Assembly (NCBI GenBank): GCA_001179505.1
Contig: CDMY01000425.1
Coordinates: 1 to 64,000, forward strand
Source of the DNA: Vitrella brassicaformis CCMP3155
Lineage: Eukaryota > Protista > Chromerida
DNA length: 64,000 nt
Reading direction: 5' to 3'
How positions within the stretch are numbered: the stretch's first letter is position 1; each line of letters opens with the position of its first letter. The position numbers and the translations under genes are program-made. Shown here piece after piece: positions 61,491 through 64,000 of the stretch. The notes beneath the pieces were generated by a model. That model did no database searches. It was given only the letters and a program-made list of their open reading frames with translations, and had not been told where the DNA came from.

Positions 61491-64000
61491 TCACTGTGGC
61501 GTGAGGGTGGTGTCGCGGGGGGGCCTGCGAACGTCACGCCTGAACACACACGCACACACACACAGGAGCACCACGACATGTGATGTGCCACCGGGCCCCA
61601 TCGGAGTGTCTGTTATGTGGCCCAGCCCAGCCCAGCCAGCGCACCTAGCGTCCTGTCTCTTGAGTTCGACCTTGAGGCGCTTGCGGCCCACCACGTAGCC
61701 GTTCATGCCCTGGATGGCAGCCAACGCCGACATGTACGTCTGATAGCACACAAACCTACACACACCACACCACACCACACCACACAATATGCAGAAGGGG
61801 GTGAGGCAGCTGGCTGGCTGGCTGATTGGCATACCCGAAGCCGCGCGAGAGCCCCGTGACGTTGTCGACGGCCACCTTGACCGACTGGATGGGGCCGAAC
61901 TTGCCGAAGTGGTGGTGGAGGTCGGCGTCACACCAGTCGGGTGGCAGGTGGAACACTGAATGAACCACACACACACAAGCCACAACCACCAACAAGCCCT
62001 CACACACGCTCCCTCCCTCGTCCCTCCCTCCCTCCCTCCCTTCCCCCCCATGTGTGTGCACTCAGCTCACCGAAGAGGTTGGTGGCGTCGTTGAAGCGGC
62101 CTCGTGAGCTGCTGTGCTGCGGGGCGCCCTGCGGGACCCCCCCTCTGATGGCCATGCCGTTGGGCGACATCTCCACCATGCCCGATCGCGAGTAGGACGG
62201 CGTGAGCGCCCCGCGGTAGGCGAGCTCGTCGTATCTCGAGTAGCCGCGCATGCCCATGGTGCTGCGGTAGCCGGTGGGGATGTATGGGGGCCACTCGTTG
62301 GGCAGGCTGGTGCCGAAGCGCGACTGCGGGTCCTCGTGGCCGTTGCTGGCGATCTCGGGGATCGACAGGGGCACTGCGGGAGGGGTGTGCTTGGGCATCC
62401 GGGACGATCCGGACGACGGCTTGGGCTGCTTGTACACGTAGGGGTAGCCGGACTGGTAGGGGTGCGGGAGGCCCTGGGCGGACGGCGAGGCGCCCCCGCC
62501 ACCTCTGCTGAAGTCGAATGAGCGCGGCGCGACGTGTGGGTAGCCGTAGGAGCCGTCGTAGGCCGGTCCGGGGTGCTGGGGGTTGATGGGGCTGGGAGTG
62601 GGGGTGTTGCCGCGAGAAAGGGCGTGCTGCGCGTGGTGGGGGTAGTAGTTGAGGAACGCCGCCCCGGGTGAGGTGGGTGCGAGTCGGAGGTTGCCGAACT
62701 GGGAGGGGCTGGGGGCGAGGGGAGGGGCGCCCAGGTAGGCACGGGCAAACTGCTCCTCGCCACGCTTCAACTGAACCTGCACACATCACATACACACACG
62801 ACAGACAGACAGACAGACAGAGGGAAGGGAGCATTAGAGCGGTGGTGTGGTGTCTGTCTGGTGTGCGCGTCTGAGTGGTTACCTTGAGTCTCTTGCCCTC
62901 GACAGAGAATCCATCCATGCCGGTGATGGCGTGTAGGGCCGAGATGGGGTTGTCGAAGTTGACGAATGCGTACCCGCGGCTGTTGCCGTCGTCGTTGCGC
63001 GCCACACGCAGACTCACGATGCGACCGTACTTGCCAAACAGCTGACGTGCGACCATGACACAAACACAAACCAAACGCACAAGAGTGAGCGAGCCAAGGG
63101 ATGAGCGCTGCGCGTGTGGCTTCTGTGTGTGTGTGTGTGTCGTCTGTGTCATGCGTGTACCTACCTCGCGCAGCTTGTCGTCATTCCAGGCCGCAGGCAC
63201 CTGAGAGGCGACAAGACAAGACAAGACACACCAAGGTACGTACAACACACCATTCCATTCATTTATTAGGTGGATGGATGTGCGAGTGGTGCGGTGAGTG
63301 CTCACGTGGAAGACGAATATGTTGCAGCCTCGGGGACCGTGCCGACCCTGGACCTGGCAGACACACACGCACACACAGAGCACCCCACCCAGAGAGACCC
63401 ACATGTGAAGGCGGCTCAGGCACGTGTCGCGTGCACACGACATGCAGTGGTGTCGGACTGGACATGGCCGTGTTATGAGATGAGAGTGTCATCGGTTGGC
63501 CGCGGGAGGGAGAGGAAGGCCGACATAGTGGAGTGAGAGATAGAGCCGTGAGTGGAGGAGAGAGGAGCAGGGTCGGGTCGGGTCGCCTCCCACCCTCCCT
63601 CTCCCCTCCCCCCGTCAGTCAGTGTCGTCGTGGGCCTTACATACCTTGTGGATTTCTCCCACGACGTCCGACACCTCCTGGCTGCCGGAGAAGGCACGAC
63701 CCTCGCCCCCGGTCCCACCCTCCACGACGGCCGGAACTTTCCTCTGGCTGCGCAGCTCCTCCTCTCGATCGTTGAGCACATGCGCCTTGAGGGTGAGGTC
63801 GAGGTCGAACAGCGATGTGGGAGAGGCGGGCGGCACGACTGACGGGCAGGGAAGGGGGCGGGGGGAGGGGGCGTGGGCGGGGTGGTTGTGGTGGGAGAAG
63901 GGGGAGTCGTGTTGGGCTGCTGGTGATGGGTGTGGGAAGGGGTAGCCGGCCGAGTAGTGGTAGGGGTGCACGTGGGCGTAGGGGTACATCTGGGGGGTCG
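61491..64000 (-). CDS. CELF: CELF/Bruno-like RRM RNA-binding protein (probably 5'-truncated at window edge)
   Basis: Two RRM3-like domains. First: GPRGCNIFVFHVP...[37 protein letters not shown]. Second: NLFVFHLP...TGLSRGFG...SALAAIQGMNGYVVGRKRLKVELK. Ends ...TLTPQ*. Confidence 0.88.

Noticed and set aside
62062-62763. 233-aa alternative-frame ORF inside CELF
   Set aside because: Overlapping frame of a GC-rich Pro/Gly exon; the RRM-linked frame is ORF 62000-62782.
1-64000. tRNA, rRNA or prokaryotic defence systems
   Set aside because: No cloverleaf, rRNA-like or operon signatures seen by eye; a covariance-model search would be needed to exclude small ncRNAs.

Overview
Eukaryotic nuclear DNA: GC-rich, with many short GT-AG introns packed with simple repeats. 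It is most likely from a chromerid alveolate such as Vitrella; this is inferred from composition and gene content, not proven. The ORF track is mostly misleading because the real genes are spliced. I reconstructed about 20 multi-exon genes by eye. In order: two degenerate Helitron/PIF1 helicase remnants, a small hypothetical gene, a TMEM65-GAF fusion, an RluA/RPUSD pseudouridine synthase, a PDK/BCKDK kinase, an SR-rich protein, a PARN-like deadenylase, a large secreted mosaic lectin/adhesin, two convergent spinster-like MFS paralogues (one with an apparent frameshift), a coiled-coil protein, YIP1, a ~23-exon PIWI-clade Argonaute with a broken catalytic tetrad, an FMO, a plastid-targeted glycerate 3-kinase, a small RRxS-rich protein, an HHxxxDG acyltransferase, a nucleotide-sugar transporter and an EF-hand-like protein. 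These are followed by an ~11 kb gene-free simple-repeat tract containing a 300-N gap, and then a 5'-truncated CELF/Bruno RNA-binding protein. The most striking unexplained patterns are four. (1) A recurrent YGCGAGCTY motif is concentrated in short promoters, many of them bidirectional. (2) Introns are polarized, with (CA/GA)n at the 5' end and complementary (TG/CT)n at the 3' end. (3) The PIWI appears non-slicing. (4) TMEM65 is fused to a GAF domain. Exon boundaries are manual and approximate.
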